NCBI GenBank assembly: GCA_037379345.1
Contig: CM074511.1
Span: forward strand, 1,488,001-1,552,000
DNA from: Perna viridis
Taxonomy: Eukaryota
DNA: 64,000 nt
Direction of reading: 5' to 3'
A model generated the notes under the pieces. The model did not search any database. It saw only the letters and a list, made by a program, of their open reading frames with translations, and was not told the DNA's origin. Each line of letters starts with the position of its first letter. Within the stretch, counting starts at the first letter, position 1. Both the position numbers and the translations under genes were made by a program. Positions 1 to 15,000 of this stretch are shown piece by piece.

Positions 1-94
1 TTTTGATTCTGCCAGATATTGTCCATTAACTGTAACTCGTACATGCCCTCTTGGTAAAAAATCCTCAAAATACTTCCCAGTCTCACAAACAATC
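1..94 (-). CDS. PlexA: Plexin exon (IPT3, truncated by window edge): IVCETGKYFEDFLPRGHVRVTVNGQYLAESK
   Basis: poly-T-ag acceptor at 95-96, phase 2 start, IVCxT motif, open to position 1. Confidence 0.9.
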
Positions 95-3000
95 CTAAAA
101 AAAAAATTACAAGCATATCAGGAAAACTGTGAAATATCAGTAGTAGGATTAAGTATTTAAAATTAAATGCACTTACTAAATTATACTAATTTTTACTTGC
201 ATGAATGGTGTTTTCTTTTATATAAAACTGCTCTTTCTCACTTTACCTGCTAGGTGGGTCATATTTTTCCCTGTCTGGTGAACATGGTATACCTGCCACA
301 TCAACATAGCTAACAATATCAGGATATGTCCTCCCTAAATTCTCTCCTATAATGGTCAGTTCTGTTCCTCCCATCTTTGGTCCAGATAATGGAGAAATCT
401 ATACAGAAAACAAATACTATCTACAAAGTTTTCATTTGTAACTTATTTGGTATACTATCTTTACAACTTTGAATCAATTTGCAAAAAAATTAGGACATGT
501 GGATGTTTAGTGTAGCCAAGACTCCTGATGTTTATTATAAACATGTAATGATACGTGGAGCCACACCTCCTGGATCTGGTCAAAAACTTACACTTTTTAT
601 TTTAAGAACATGTTGGTGTTGAGTGGAGCCAGAGTTTCTGGCAATCTACAAACTTACACTGATAATTTTAGGATTAGGACATGTTGATGTTGAGTGTAGC
701 CAGAGCTCCTGACGTTTTTCACAGACTTTGTTGGTTGTACATTCAGTACCACACCACCCACAGTTATATTCTGTTGGTATCACTAGACAATCACCACAGC
801 TACTTCCCATCATCTCACACTTAAAGATGGTCACTAAAAGATATTAAATTGTGAAATATTAAAACTTTGGTCAGTGTTTAAGAATACCTACTACATTTTA
901 TACTTTTCATCAAATTCGACTGAAGAAATGTAAATATTTAAGGGATGTTTCTAATTTCTGAACAGATTATACACTTATAAACTGCTTAATAAACTAGTCC
1001 AAACCATGTAATTGAGTATAACCTGTTCAAAAAATTAGAAACAATCCTTACAATTTAATTTTCATTAAATTAATGACAGTCCAAATATTAATAATTTATT
1101 CTTAATCAAATCATCATTTGTTTGGAATTATTCAGTTCTAACATCATTGGGAATTTTTCAGACCCTTCTATAAGTTTACGTTATCTTCCCTTGTATTTCC
1201 ATAGAAGATCTTCTTTAAGGTCAAAAGGGTAAAAAGCGAACCTATACCGACTGTGTTGGAAAAATGTTTACTGTACAAATACTTTTTTCACCAAATACAC
1301 ACATATTTCTACATGTAAATGCAATAATAATTACCTTGTACAGGACCAGGATTGTCCAAGGACTTCCTTAAATCCTTTGACCCCCAAACTATTTTAAATG
1401 GAACATTCCACGATTTTGTATTTTCCAAATAAGAAAACTGAAACATAACAAAGAAACATTTCTACTAAAAAACAAGATCTTCCTATATAAACTGACTTGC
1501 TCGTATTTGTTACAATGTTTCAGATTTAACAAGAGAAATATCTATATAACCGAAAAATTACTACATCAAGGTTTTCAATACAAGCTTGTAAAAACTTTCG
1601 CAAAATTTTTCAACTTATACAAGGAACTCATTCTCAAATACAGATGTCAACGATTAATATGTGCTGGTATATTTTATGGTAATATTATTCATAAAGCACA
1701 GAAAGCTCAATAATCACCTAATTAGTTAATTAAACTATTGAATAGGCTAATTTGTAAGGCATATAGTTAAAATATTGTTGCAAAATTGAAAAAGATAGCA
1801 CTTTTTGGTATTAACATTGATTCACTCATAGAGTCTTTACATAACAACTAACACATTATATTTAAAAGCATTTTTTGGCATGACACACTTGTGTCCTTAT
1901 TGTACGACTTTGATGTAACTTGAATCTCAACCCTGCATGGGAAGAATTTGGATTTATATTACATACTGTGAGGACTAAACTTTTTGTAAGTTTAAATTGA
2001 CCTGAAGCTGGCATGTAAGTTAACGACTAGTAATTCTTTGTGTGTGCATTAGTGTAATGTATTATCATTTTCTATATTTCTGTTTTAACAAGGGACTCAG
2101 GCCTTTATGAACTGTATTTTGGAGTCTTTAATAATGTTTTTTTTTTCTTCAGTGGCCAGATTTGAATGGGAGAGGGTTGTGATTGTACCAAAATACTTTA
2201 ACCCCGCTGTATTTTATGCCTGTCCCAAGTCAGGAATTTCTGGTCTGTGTATAGTTTCATATTCACTTTCAGTTTACTTTTATGTTGCTGGAGTACATGA
2301 GGGCAACTATTTTGCTGTACCTGTGTATAATGTTGTTTTAGGGCCAGCTGCAGCCTGGAGGGCCTACAGCTGACATTTTTCATCCCAGTGAAGTGGTTGT
2401 CTCTTTGACATATTCACCACACCCATTCTTGTTATATTCCAAAAAAATTGAAAGCTGGACTTTTTGGGATATTTTAATATATTTTCCAATCCAATTTTCA
2501 GTAAGATAGAACCCTATCCTGCTTAAATAATGGTGAATGATATATATTTCAGACTTTGTATCAGAGTTCTAGCAAATACTACACCATAGAATGGTGCTGT
2601 GTTTTCAATATGATTGAGGTATAGACTCTAAAACACGGGAGATAAATTAACTTATTTAATGTTAACCTTACCTCCAAAGGATCACACTCCAAGACCTTTT
2701 CTTGTTCAGAGAAGGATATTAACCTGGCTGGGACAAATTTTCCAGAACCAATACTGAAGTAACAGTATAAAGGAATCTGGAAATCCTACAAAATAATCAA
2801 CATAAATAAGATCCCTTGCTAAGTATGGAAATGACAGTCAAACTCGATTCAGGTTTTAATTTAGACTGCGGTCAAGTTTTTAATCGTCTGTTTATAAAGA
2901 CTCTTTTCTACTTGTGTAAACCACATCCCTAACAGGTCTTGTCTTTGGATTACAACTTAGTCTGTTTTAATTGTTTTACGATTGGTTTAAACAGGTTTCT

Positions 3001-6000
3001 GAATTTGACAGATTAAAATTAACTGTACTTAGTGTCCTCAAATATGTGTAATTACTAAGTGCCGATTGACAAAGTACATAAAAGTTTCACTTACTTTGAG
3101 GTTATAAACAAAGAGGGTGACTTTCTTGGGATTACCAGACGGCACCAGAATTCGATTAGAAGATGTTTCAATTCTAGGACATTTTTTTGGTCCAACAGTG
3201 TGTTCATGTAAAAACCCTACACTCTGAAAAGATAAAGAAAACATTACAGATATCATATTGTGTCAAATCTTTCAATTCACTATGGCAAGAATCATAGTAA
3301 TGCCATCAAAATGTACATGTTGTATACATTGAGTTCATGAAGTGTAGTACAAGCACAGTCCATTTACAGAAGTGTTGTATACATAGAGTTCATGTACGGA
3401 AGTGTTTTATACATAGAGTTCATTTACAGAAGTGTTGTATACATAGAGTTCATGTACAGAAGTGTTCTATAAGCACAGTTCATTTACAGAAGTGTTGTAT
3501 ACATGGAGTTCATTTACAGAAGTATTTTATAAGCACAGTTCATTTACAGGAGTGTTGGATACATAGAGTTCATGTACAGAAGTGTTTTATAAGCACAGTT
3601 CATTTTACAGAAGTGTTGTTTACATAGAGTTCATGTAAGGAAGTGTTTTATGCATAGAGGTCATTTACTGAAGTATTGTACCTGTACAGTTCATGTACAA
3701 AAGTGATGTATAGTACAGTCATGTACAGAAGTCTTGTATAATACAGTTCAAGTCAGAAGTCTTGTATAATACAGTTCATGTACAGAAATGCTGTATAGTA
3801 CAGTTCATGTACAAAAGTGCTGTATAGTACAGTCATGTACAGAAGAAGTCTTGTATACATACAGTTCATATTCTGAGGTGTTGTATTTGCAAAGTACATG
3901 TACTGAAGTAATGTACTACTTAAGTACATGTATCATATTTTTACTGTATATTCAGGCAATATTTCAATTACAATCACTTGAATATAAACCTTGTGAAGCT
4001 TGTGCATCAGTTTTAATGTGCTATCTGAGATGTTATTTAACTTTTACTTTCTATATTAGTCACATCATTAGATAAATGCCCAGAAATATCACCAGATGAA
4101 TGTCATGGTGATATTTTATATCATTAGATGAAGGTCATGGTAATATTTAAAATTATTTGAAGAATATAAAAACAGGAGATGATAGTATGATTGCCACTGA
4201 GACAGTCATCCACCAAATACCAAGCAACAAACAATTATACTTCAACAGGTTACCACGTGGTCTTCAATGATGGGCAAAACCCATACCATAAAGCAATCTG
4301 TAAATGTCATGGTGATATTTTATATCATCAGATGAATGTCCTGGTGATATTTCTTATCCACAGTTAAAAGTCCTGGTGATATTTTATATCCTCAGTTTAA
4401 AGTCATGGTGATATTTTATATCCTCAGTTTAAAGTCATGGTGACATTTCATATCCTCAGTTTAAAGTCATGGTGATATTTTATATCCTCAGTTTAAAGTC
4501 ATGGTGACATTTCATATCCTCAGTTTGTCATGGTGATATTTTTGTTTAGGTCTATAATGATGGTGCTCCAGTAGTAATTGCTTATCTTTCAATGGTACAT
4601 AAATACTTACATTAGAGGCTGCAACAAATTTATCAGTTTCACTGCAGTCCTGAAGTGGGTAATGAGTACACAAGTGATTCTTAATACACCATGTACAGTT
4701 GAACTTACTTAAACTACATTTATAACATCTGAAAATAAACCAAAAGTTTTATATAAAACATATGATATGGATTTAATGATGTATGTATGTATAATTTTAA
4801 TACTTAGTAAAATCGAGACTTGTGGTAATAGATAATAATCCACCAATAGAAACAATCACTAACCCTCACAATACTGCATTTTTTTCACTCAATTTTACCA
4901 TAATATTTGCAAACTTGTGGCAGTACAAATGTTAAATACATCAGGTAGTAACAAGTACTGGCATCAATAATTCAGCATAACTAATAAAATGTCATTTTCA
5001 ATCTACTGTAATTGTTTCAGTGTTACTATTTCTGGAATCTTTTTTGATGATTTTAATATGGATCTTAATCTCCAGATATGTCTGGTTCTAATTAAAGGTT
5101 TTATTAATAAAATTTTCTATTTTCTGTTATCACTCAGAATATTAAGTAAGTGTCGTTTATGATAACCCTAATCAGAGAGGATTCAGTCCTGAGATTGATC
5201 CTGATCAAGTTGGCCTTAAATTTGTTTTTGACTGACATAAGGTCTGTAAAAATATCAAAATGCTTTTACATCTTTAGTAGGTAAATGATTCACTGTTTTC
5301 TTTATTGTAAAATGATAGCAATGGTCATATAGCTTTGTCTGTAGTAAGTGATGGTTGTCACTAACAACTACAGATATATGTACATTTTACTGTAGAATCT
5401 GTCAAGAATTCTCTTAACTGCCAACTAACATGAAAACTATTAAACTATATAGACAGTCATAAAGATAAACTAGGCTACTGAAAAAGCTGGTATTAATAGA
5501 ACTGTATCAGTAACTTTAATGTTTTGGAATTTCCAAAAGCATCATCAGAAATACCAACTATCTATAATTTTCTTCTGTGTTGCTTTAAAATCAATCTATT
5601 CAACAAAATAAAACAGTAAATTAAGAAAGTTGTTTTGTCTTTCAAGATAATAAAATTAAACAGCAAAGAGTAAATATAACCTATATCAGAAATGTATTAA
5701 GTAGAACAAACTTTTGACTTCAGCTAAAAGATATGAAGACCAGTTCCACATATAAGGTTAGGAGAAAGCTATGTAGCGGAGGCACTGATATGAAACTCTA
5801 AAAATAAAATTTATCAGCAGCAAAAAACTTCGTTACAGAATGAAATTTTTCCTGAAAATTGATGTGTTTTTTTTTCCCACTATTGATTAAAAAGAAGATC
5901 CTTGGAATGTCATTAAACTAATATGATCTTTTCCTGGGTATCTGTTGATTTGTATATATCTATTGAGTTTATAATTGGTCTAGACAATCATATGGTTATA

Positions 6001-9000
6001 TGATATATATATCAAAAGGCTAAATCCTACTATATTGGAAATGAAGACAACTATTGAAACTTGTTTACTAATAGCTCCATTCATTTTTATTTTGTTGTGA
6101 ATTACTTTTACTTGACTAAATAGAAATTTCATGTTTTTTAGAATCAAAATGAGAAGATAATTGACTTGAATGTCAACAAGTATATCCCTGTCATTAGTCT
6201 GTAAATATTACAAGTACTGTCTATTTCTGTTCCATCTTTTACAATAATCTTGTAAGTACTGTCTATTTCTGTCCCATCTATTACTATAATCTTACAAGTA
6301 CAGTCTATTTTAGTCCCATTTATTACTATAAACTTACAAGTACTGCCTATTTCTGTCCCATCTTTTACTATAATCTTACAAGTACAGACTATTTCCGTCC
6401 CATCTTTTACTATAATCTTATTAGTACAGTCTATTTCTGTCCCATCTATTACTAAAATCTTGTCTATTTCTGTCCCATCTTTCACTATAATCTTACAAGT
6501 ACTGTCTATTTCTGTCCCATCTATTACTATAATCTCACAAGTAATGTCTATTTCTGTCCCATCTATTACTATAATCTTACAAGTACAGTTTATTTCTGTC
6601 CAATCTTTCGCTATAATCTTACAAGTACTGTCTATTTCTGTCCCATCTTTCGCTATAATCTTACAAGTAATGTCTATTTCTGTCCCACCTATTACTATAA
6701 TCTTACAAGTACTGTCTATTTCTGTACCATCTTTTACTATAATCTTACAAGTACTGCCTACTTCTGTCCCATCTTTTACTAAAATCTTACATGTAAATCT
6801 AGATGGCCATCATGCCAATGCTATGTAATATGCCAATCTCTAAAAATACACATAAAAAGACACCCAAAAACCCAAAAGTCATAACTTGTTACAGCATGTA
6901 CATCTACAAATATATCTCAGTCATCTCAGTCATTTGACTAAATATGGCAGGAATCAGTCCAGCATTTCAAACACCTATTCTATGATTGCGGAATGTTGAA
7001 AATAGTCTAAGTCCCTAACTCCTGCAACAAAAATTATCGAATCATAACTATGGCATATTACAGACATCTATACTTTACAATCCTACCAAATATTAAAGGA
7101 AGCCAAAAGATGTTTTAAAGAAGACCTTACATGAGGACAGACAAACAGATAACATTACCACATCCCTCCTAAGGACAATTAAAGGTATTCTGCTCCTTAC
7201 ATGAGGACAGACAGCTGGATAACATTACCATGTCCCTCCTTGCGACAATAATAGATTATCTGCTCCTTACATGAGGACAGACTGACGGATACCATTACCA
7301 TGTCCTTCCTTGGGATAATAATAGATTATCTGCTCCTTACATGAGGACAGACTGACGGATACCATTACCACGTCCCTCCTTGGGACAATAATAGTTTATC
7401 TACTGCAATAGCTAACACTATGCCAGATCAATACAAAATTCTCAGACAACAAAACTATATCATCTAAAAACAATTCCCATGCCACAAATTTTAGAAACAT
7501 TAAACATTACTGGAGCAATGAATGCATGTATTATCACATTAGCAGAGAAAAAACCTAAATGGGAAGACAAGATTTGAAACATTCAACAGAAATATGCAGA
7601 TGGCCATTTTACTACATCTGATGCATTAAATACAAAGAATAAAATATAGCTCTGTCTTTACAGTATTTTCAAAACTGTCAGTTAAATTGTCTGATTTTTA
7701 CCGGGAATATTTCAATAGCAGGCCTATTCAATGAATTTATTACCAGCATTCATGTAAATAAGGAAAAGATGTCTGATTAATTGTACCAGAATGGTGATTT
7801 ATTCTTTTATAAATTGAAGTAAATTAATTGAGAGAAAAATTCTGCATATGGAACAGGGATGAATCACTAATCATTGATTGAATTGTTAAATCTTCTAACA
7901 AGTCCCAATCCAAAGTTTTAGCACAGACATCAAATTTATAAGCCTCATCAATTTGGAGTTTTGTTAGTGAGCCCTGCATTCCAAGGACTCATCAATTCCA
8001 AGTTACCATTATGACTGAGTTCTAAAAGCTCATCAATATGGAATTTACAGTTGTGACCTTTCACACCAAATGCTCATCAAGACTCTTACAAAGCTGGAAT
8101 GCATAGCAACAGTTGTCCTTTAGGACACCATGAATATCTAAGCTGTTTTTCTTCTCTAATTAAAGAGAAGATCCAATTGACATTATAACCTTATATTAAT
8201 GTCAAACGGGAAATAGAAACCATCAAGTAACATTGAACAGCTTTTTTTCAACTTTACTAGCTGGAGAATTGACATCAATTCAATGTTTAAGGGGTGAACA
8301 GTTTTTTTTTAAAATTTTACTAGCTGGAGAATCGACATCATTTCAATGTTTAAGGGAACATGAGATTGTAATTCAAGTCATTAGTAAGGATGTTTGGACT
8401 TCCCAAAAATCTGCTAACACTATACTGTATGCTCATATGTTAATTAAACTAAGATAAAATAAGAAACCATTTTGTTGAATCATTTCATGATATTGAGCAA
8501 TAACAACAGGTTAGTTTTCCCAGATCTAATTTTTAAGCAGATAATGGGAGTTGATTGTGCAGCTACCTTCCAATGATACAAATTAAGCATACCTGAAAAA
8601 GTTATAACCACAGTCAAATTCAAATACGTGATTTCAAAATAGAATGAGCACAGAACAGTATGTAGACAGACATAAAATTCACAGGGATAAAGCTGTCACG
8701 TTGCATGAATAAGACGAAATCGTCAGTTACATTATTTTCGGCAGAATTTATGAAAACTTTCCATTTCATACAAGAACTGTAAAATACAGCTGTGAGGAGA
8801 CCCAAGACAGTTATTGTGAACCAGATAGAGATAATTCTTGTGCCATTAAATATAAAAAAGGCATATAGTGAGGGACTTTTCTCTATTTTTTGGTATTCAA
8901 AGAAAAGTAGATAGTAAAAATCCAAGATGGTGGTTTTTAGTGTATGACCATGGATAGTAAAATGTAAAAAATCGTTAAAACAGCATTTTAGTACAATATT

Positions 9001-12000
9001 TGCCCATTTAATGGATCTAACTCATGACCTCAAGTCACAGTGATGAAATTCAGATAGATTGGTTTCCTAGTTTCAGAAGGACTTTCAAAGTAAATAGCTA
9101 TGTGGAGCAAACCATGATATGACTGCAGTTGTCAACTCTGAACAGTTAGGGCAAGAGTGGACACAATATTAGTTTTTGACACAAGCGTTGGGACTTATAG
9201 TTCATTATGGACATAACAGCTGGACAAAACTGGATCAAAAGTATATAACTCGAAAACAGTAAAAATATCTAAAATTTTGAAAGAAAGATGCAGACTAAGA
9301 TTTTGATAAGGAATCCAATAAAACAAAATTTCAAAACCAGATCAAAATTAAAAAGTTGATTTTTAGAGGATGACCCAATTTTGTACCCCTTTAACTCCAA
9401 AACAGTTAAAGATAAGCCCACCCTGTACAAATTTTCATAAACCTAAAATCGGATCAACAATAAGCTTTTTCAATCAATTCTAATGATAACAACTAAAAAC
9501 CTCCAAAAACTATAGAAAATTGGATATGTTTTACTTGAGTTTTCATAAATAAACTAAGGTTAATGGATGCCAATGATGATGACACCAACGCAGACAGGGT
9601 GATACCATTCTGGAATTTTTTTAAGCACAAAACATCATAAAATGTGTAAAATGATTTTTTTATACTTTCAACAAGAAACCATTTATATATGTTCAGAGGA
9701 AGTACCTCCTCCATAATGAATTCATCAATCTCTTAAGATTAAATCTTCTCTCATGACTTGTTGGTATCAAAATGACTTTTAATTTGTTAAGATATCAGAT
9801 GACAGCTTCCAATTTAAGCCAATCAAACAGAAGCAACAGTTGTAGAAAAACAAGTTGATCTTGCTGCATGACAGCACTGTTATATCCCTGTCATTTCTGA
9901 GTGACAGACATGCTTGCTTAAAGATGGAAAATTAAAATCTTAAGGAATTCATAACTCCAACAATCTTTATTGGATACTGGGTATTTCATAAAGACAAAAC
10001 CATAATGTACATTTCATCCTGTCCTAAATTATGCATATATGAATATGATGATACTTAAAGCCCTAATAAACATTGTGTATATTGATTTGAGTGTAAGTGT
10101 AGGCAATGCCACGAGATGACACTCAGGAACATTGTGTGTTATGATTTGAGTGTAAGTGTAGGCAATGCTATGAGATGATGCTCAGGAACATCGTGTGTTA
10201 TGATCTGAGTGTAAGTGTAGACAATGCTATGAGATGACACTCAGGAATATAGTGTGTTATGATTTGAGTGTAAGTGTAGGCAATGCCACAAGATGACACT
10301 CAGGAACATTGTGTGTTATGATTTGAGTGTAAGTGTAGGCAATGCTACGAGATGATACTCAGAAACATTGTGTTTAATGATTTAAGTGTAAGTGTAGGCA
10401 ATGCTATGAGATGATACTCAGAAACATTGTGTGTAATGATGTGAGTGTAAGTGTTGGCAACGCTACGAGATGACACTCAGGAATATTGTGTGTAATGATA
10501 TGATTTGAGTGTAACAATAGATAGTGCTGCCAAATGTCACTCCTGAATAATGTGAGTGATCATTTCGGGTCACTTCGGGCAATGCTTAAAATACATCTGA
10601 ACAATGAAAAATTCTTTTAGTGTAACAATAGTCATCAAAATCAGGAGCAACAAAAGCATACGAGACATTACAAGAACCTAAGGATTTCTGCTACCAGCAA
10701 ACATCCATTAATTGTTTTCACTTTTCTAATTGAATCATGATACCTCAGATATTATGTAATTTTAAAAACCCAAATTCTTTATTCAATCAAATGAGGAATC
10801 TTTAGGTAAACTGGGAACCTAGATGTTGCCACATATCACAGTTGATATCAGAATCCGTGGGGAGGGATGTTTAGAAAATACCAACTTCATCAAACACTGA
10901 TTTAAATCTAGTGGAATTAATCAAATTAAAATGACAGATTCATATTCAAAGCACAATACATTTTATCCTGAAAATGATATAATTATTTCCTAGTTCTATT
11001 TATCACTGTCAGAACTACTCAGGATGTTCTATTATATTTAGAAAGAAATTTTACCAAGTAAATATTGGCCAATTTGCATGCTTAATAACAGTGTAAATAT
11101 AAAATCAATCACATTATATCAGGGACAATTTCCTAGCCTTAGAGTGTTCAATGTTTTATGGTGATAGCCATGCCTTTGTTAACATGGTCAATAAGTAAGT
11201 GTTCCAAAGCACTGACTATAGTCATAATATTGCTACAATGAAGTACAAAGTAATGAGAGAAGTTTGGAAAACTTTTAGAACCTTTTTTTTTTATAATTTT
11301 AGCAATCTAATGCACAAAATTGCAAAAAAAAAATTTTTTATGTTTTTTGTTTTGTTTGTTTTTATTTGGAAGAAACTTTCATGATTGATATGACAAAATT
11401 TATCAACATATACTTAGAATTATTTGAGTCAGGACATAACAGGACAATAAACAAATCCATTAAGTCTCCAGGCAGTACCTCTCTTTCATTTCAAGGATCA
11501 TTTCAGTGTTACAAGTTAAATTTCATCCAACAAAATTTTATTGAAACTACATTATTATTAAGCTGTCGCTACTGAAAAGTTAATTTGTCGAAGTAATATG
11601 CTCCCGAACATCAAAGCTCAGAATGATTTCTTCAAATTATACAGTGCAGAACAATCAAATCAAAATTGGATAGCACTTCAAAAACATTATCCTTAAAACA
11701 CTTCAAATAGTTGGTTTTAATCTTAACCCTAATTTTTTTTAAAATTTAATTTATAGGATTTTTGTGCAATATAAATGCCACAAAAGCTATCAGAAACTTA
11801 TTGCTTTACAGTGTGTCTTTACAATACTTTAATATTACTAAACATTACACAGCAACGACTGGATCTGTCTTCAACAGGAAACACAAGCACCAATTATAAC
11901 ACCTTATAGATGAAATAATTACATCACAGGTGATTAACAGGTATCCAGACAGGTGAGTCAATATTTACACACACGTAAAAGAAAAAACTGATAAACCTTT

Positions 12001-15000
12001 GATACCAACCAAATTCATAGTAAAAATCTGACCTCAGTGTGAATGAAGTTTCTCCTACACCTACAATGAATTCATTCATATTTACCAAACAACAAATCTC
12101 ACCATAAGGTTAACTTTAGATACTTAGTGTCCTCAAGTACCCTCAGGTCAACAAGAAAAAAGCCTACCTACAATACAAACCCACCAAAATTTTATATAAA
12201 TGTAACTCAAATAAGTGGTTGGCACCCTCAAGAAAAATCTGATATAATATTGATATAATATCTTAACACTGTTTTTATGAATGGCAATCAAGTTTGAGAA
12301 GATTAAGAACTTTATTGAGTCAGAGTTAGATAAAACATTGCATGTCTGGGACGCATCATGGCTTGTTATAATCCTAGTCAATTCAGTCACGTTTTGTCAC
12401 TGATATCATTTCAATTCACAATACTGTTTTCAATCTTCAGAGATTTACAAACACAGAACATTGTATGAAAACACAGAAGACCTGTATTTGAGAATTAATA
12501 CTACATATATCAATTAAAGTCAAGATTAATTCTTATACCTTTCATTCAAATGCAATATAATGTCAGATTAAAGAAAAAAGTTGCAATTTCTTTATTCATA
12601 ATACATGTGAGAGGAAGATAAGATTTGAAAACATTTACCATTCAATAAAAGAAGGTACTAGTTTTCTTGTTATTTGTTAATTTTTTCTTTATTTTTCTGT
12701 AAAACCGAACCATAAAATAAAATGCAAAAAAAAGCCAGTGAAATCTGTAATATGGTTTATCCAGAAATTGAAAGCTTTTTGGTTATACCATACAGAAATG
12801 TATGAACAGCTGAGATGCAGTCATTGCAAAGAAAATGAAATGTAACATGTTCTTCCTATGGACATAACATATGTTTCAACTTTTCCTACATGTAAAAAAA
12901 AATATATAATGTAGGATTCTTCCTTTCTCACTCTAAACAGCCTACTTACAACATAACATATCAGTTCTTATAAGAACTTACTCCACCACAAAAAAAAAGT
13001 GAAAATAAAATGACACCACATCCTTTAATCAAGCCCTTGTTACTCTGTAACTGGATCCGACGAGGATCTTCTCTCATTTCTTTATAACATGTATAGACAC
13101 TTATTCATCAACTTACTCAAGTCTTAAGCAGAAAAAGACACACACTGACCTACTTGACAGGCTTTCATTCAACATACAGCATAACCATAAAACAATTTAA
13201 TGCAGAAGATCAGATACGACTTTGACTTCCATGATTAAATACCGAATATCTGTTGGCATAGACCAATTTTTTTCAGTAAAAAACGACAGATGAAGTGTTG
13301 GTCCTGTTTTAAAGATGATTACAGAATCTAATGGGTCAAAAACTCTTAAAACCAACTTAATCATGTTTTTTTTTTTCAGTCTTTTCCACAATTAGTAATG
13401 GGCATTGTATACAAACAAAAACTGCTGGTAACAAAATGGCTGCCAACTTTTTTTCAAATTTCCAACTTTAAGAGTTGTATGTTGTTATGAAGCACATTTT
13501 TTTCAATTATGATCATCGATTAGTAGTTTCTAAAATACATTTATTGATAGGAAGAATAAAAGTGACAGACAGACAGACAATGAGGAAAGTAAAAAATACA
13601 TTTGTTCATTCTCTATGACAAAGTAATATATTATTATTATTGATTGAGACTGACTGCATATAAAAAGGTTCTTGATTTTATCAAAGAGTAAAATCCTAGA
13701 GACAATTTGGAAAAGAACAATGAAATAAGTACAAGAAATTCTGGAAGTTTGATTTATTCCTCATCAATATTTTACACTAGTGCAACAATATACTGTACCG
13801 TGATATATTGGGGCATTTTGCCCAACAATATGATACACAAGTGAGGTAGCTTATGATACTGATGAGATTGATATTTTTTTTAGAATATAAATGTGCTGTA
13901 TCACTTATTCATTAATACATTGTTAAATATTGAATTTGAAAAAAAGCAATCTTTGTTTTTATGCTGTGTGCAAAACTTGTGTTCTGCGTTATTTATTTTT
14001 ATTAATGTAAGCGGCCTTAATCGAAAAAATAGAAACCAGCATAGAACTAGAGCCACAACCTAATAGGTATTTGGTCACAATACATATTGTCATTTGTCCA
14101 CAATATCGCAATACATATAGTTTGGGGTTCAGATATATCTTTGCAGCCCTAACTAATTCTAAGATAATCTGCATAAAACTGACTTCTAGTAAAATCTACC
14201 CATGTTCTGACAATGTAATTAAAGTAAACCAAACAATTTCCATTTTCCAGGAGCAGCAGTGACTGAATTATACATCCTCCATCAATTCTCCAAAAGTTAA
14301 AATTTGTATCATACTCCTTACACTTTCCATTTGATAATGAGTTGAAGCAATTACTTATTAAATCTACGTTTTGGAGTTAAAACTATTAAAATAAATCCAA
14401 TATAATGCAGAAAAATTCACCAGCAATAAATAGCTGTAAATGTGTATAATTCCTACAGTCTAATGTCATGCCAGGGTACTAGCAAGAATCCAGAATATGA
14501 CCATCATATCCAAATTGTCACATCTAGAACTGAAATTTGAATGTTGAATTACTGATTGATTGATTGATTGATTGACTATAACATAATGTCCAATGGCATG
14601 CACTCCATGCATTTCAAGGCTGGCAACATTTTAATTCAAACCCTAATGTAAATCAAACTACCAGACTAAGCAGATTTTTAACATGTTATCTTAAACAGTG
14701 GTAAATGGCATACAGACTCCAACAAGTCACAAAGTTGTAGGTTTCTGCTTGGGACTATGAATGTATCCACAAACTACTATGTTTGTGGTAAGTAAGCAAT
14801 TGGTAGATCCAAGGTATGACAGTGGCAACATCCCCTTCTTTTTAAAATTTTTGTTGATTTTGGGTATTATTAGGGCAACAATGACCTGGTACCTCATTCA
14901 ATACATGTATATCTGGATCTTCACCTGTAAGCTTTTTTATAAGGTTGGTTTATAGACAGATGAATACTAATTAAAAATCTAATGATAAGAAGCAGAAATA

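Noticed and set aside
1850-2435. Hammerhead ribozyme near the Penelope-like remnant
   Set aside because: No CTGA(N)GA..GAAA core with supporting helices found by eye here or at other ctgatga sites
2833-3027. Tc1/mariner-type MITE (acagtcaaac..taactgta)
   Set aside because: Terminal match too short and degenerate to support by eye
6144-6828. Periodic ORFs (also 3337-3627, 17744-18353, 36588-37056, 40571-41192, 45640-46239, 55471-55698) as repeat proteins
   Set aside because: They arise from stop-poor minisatellite units, are often open on both strands or in several frames, and lie in plexin introns
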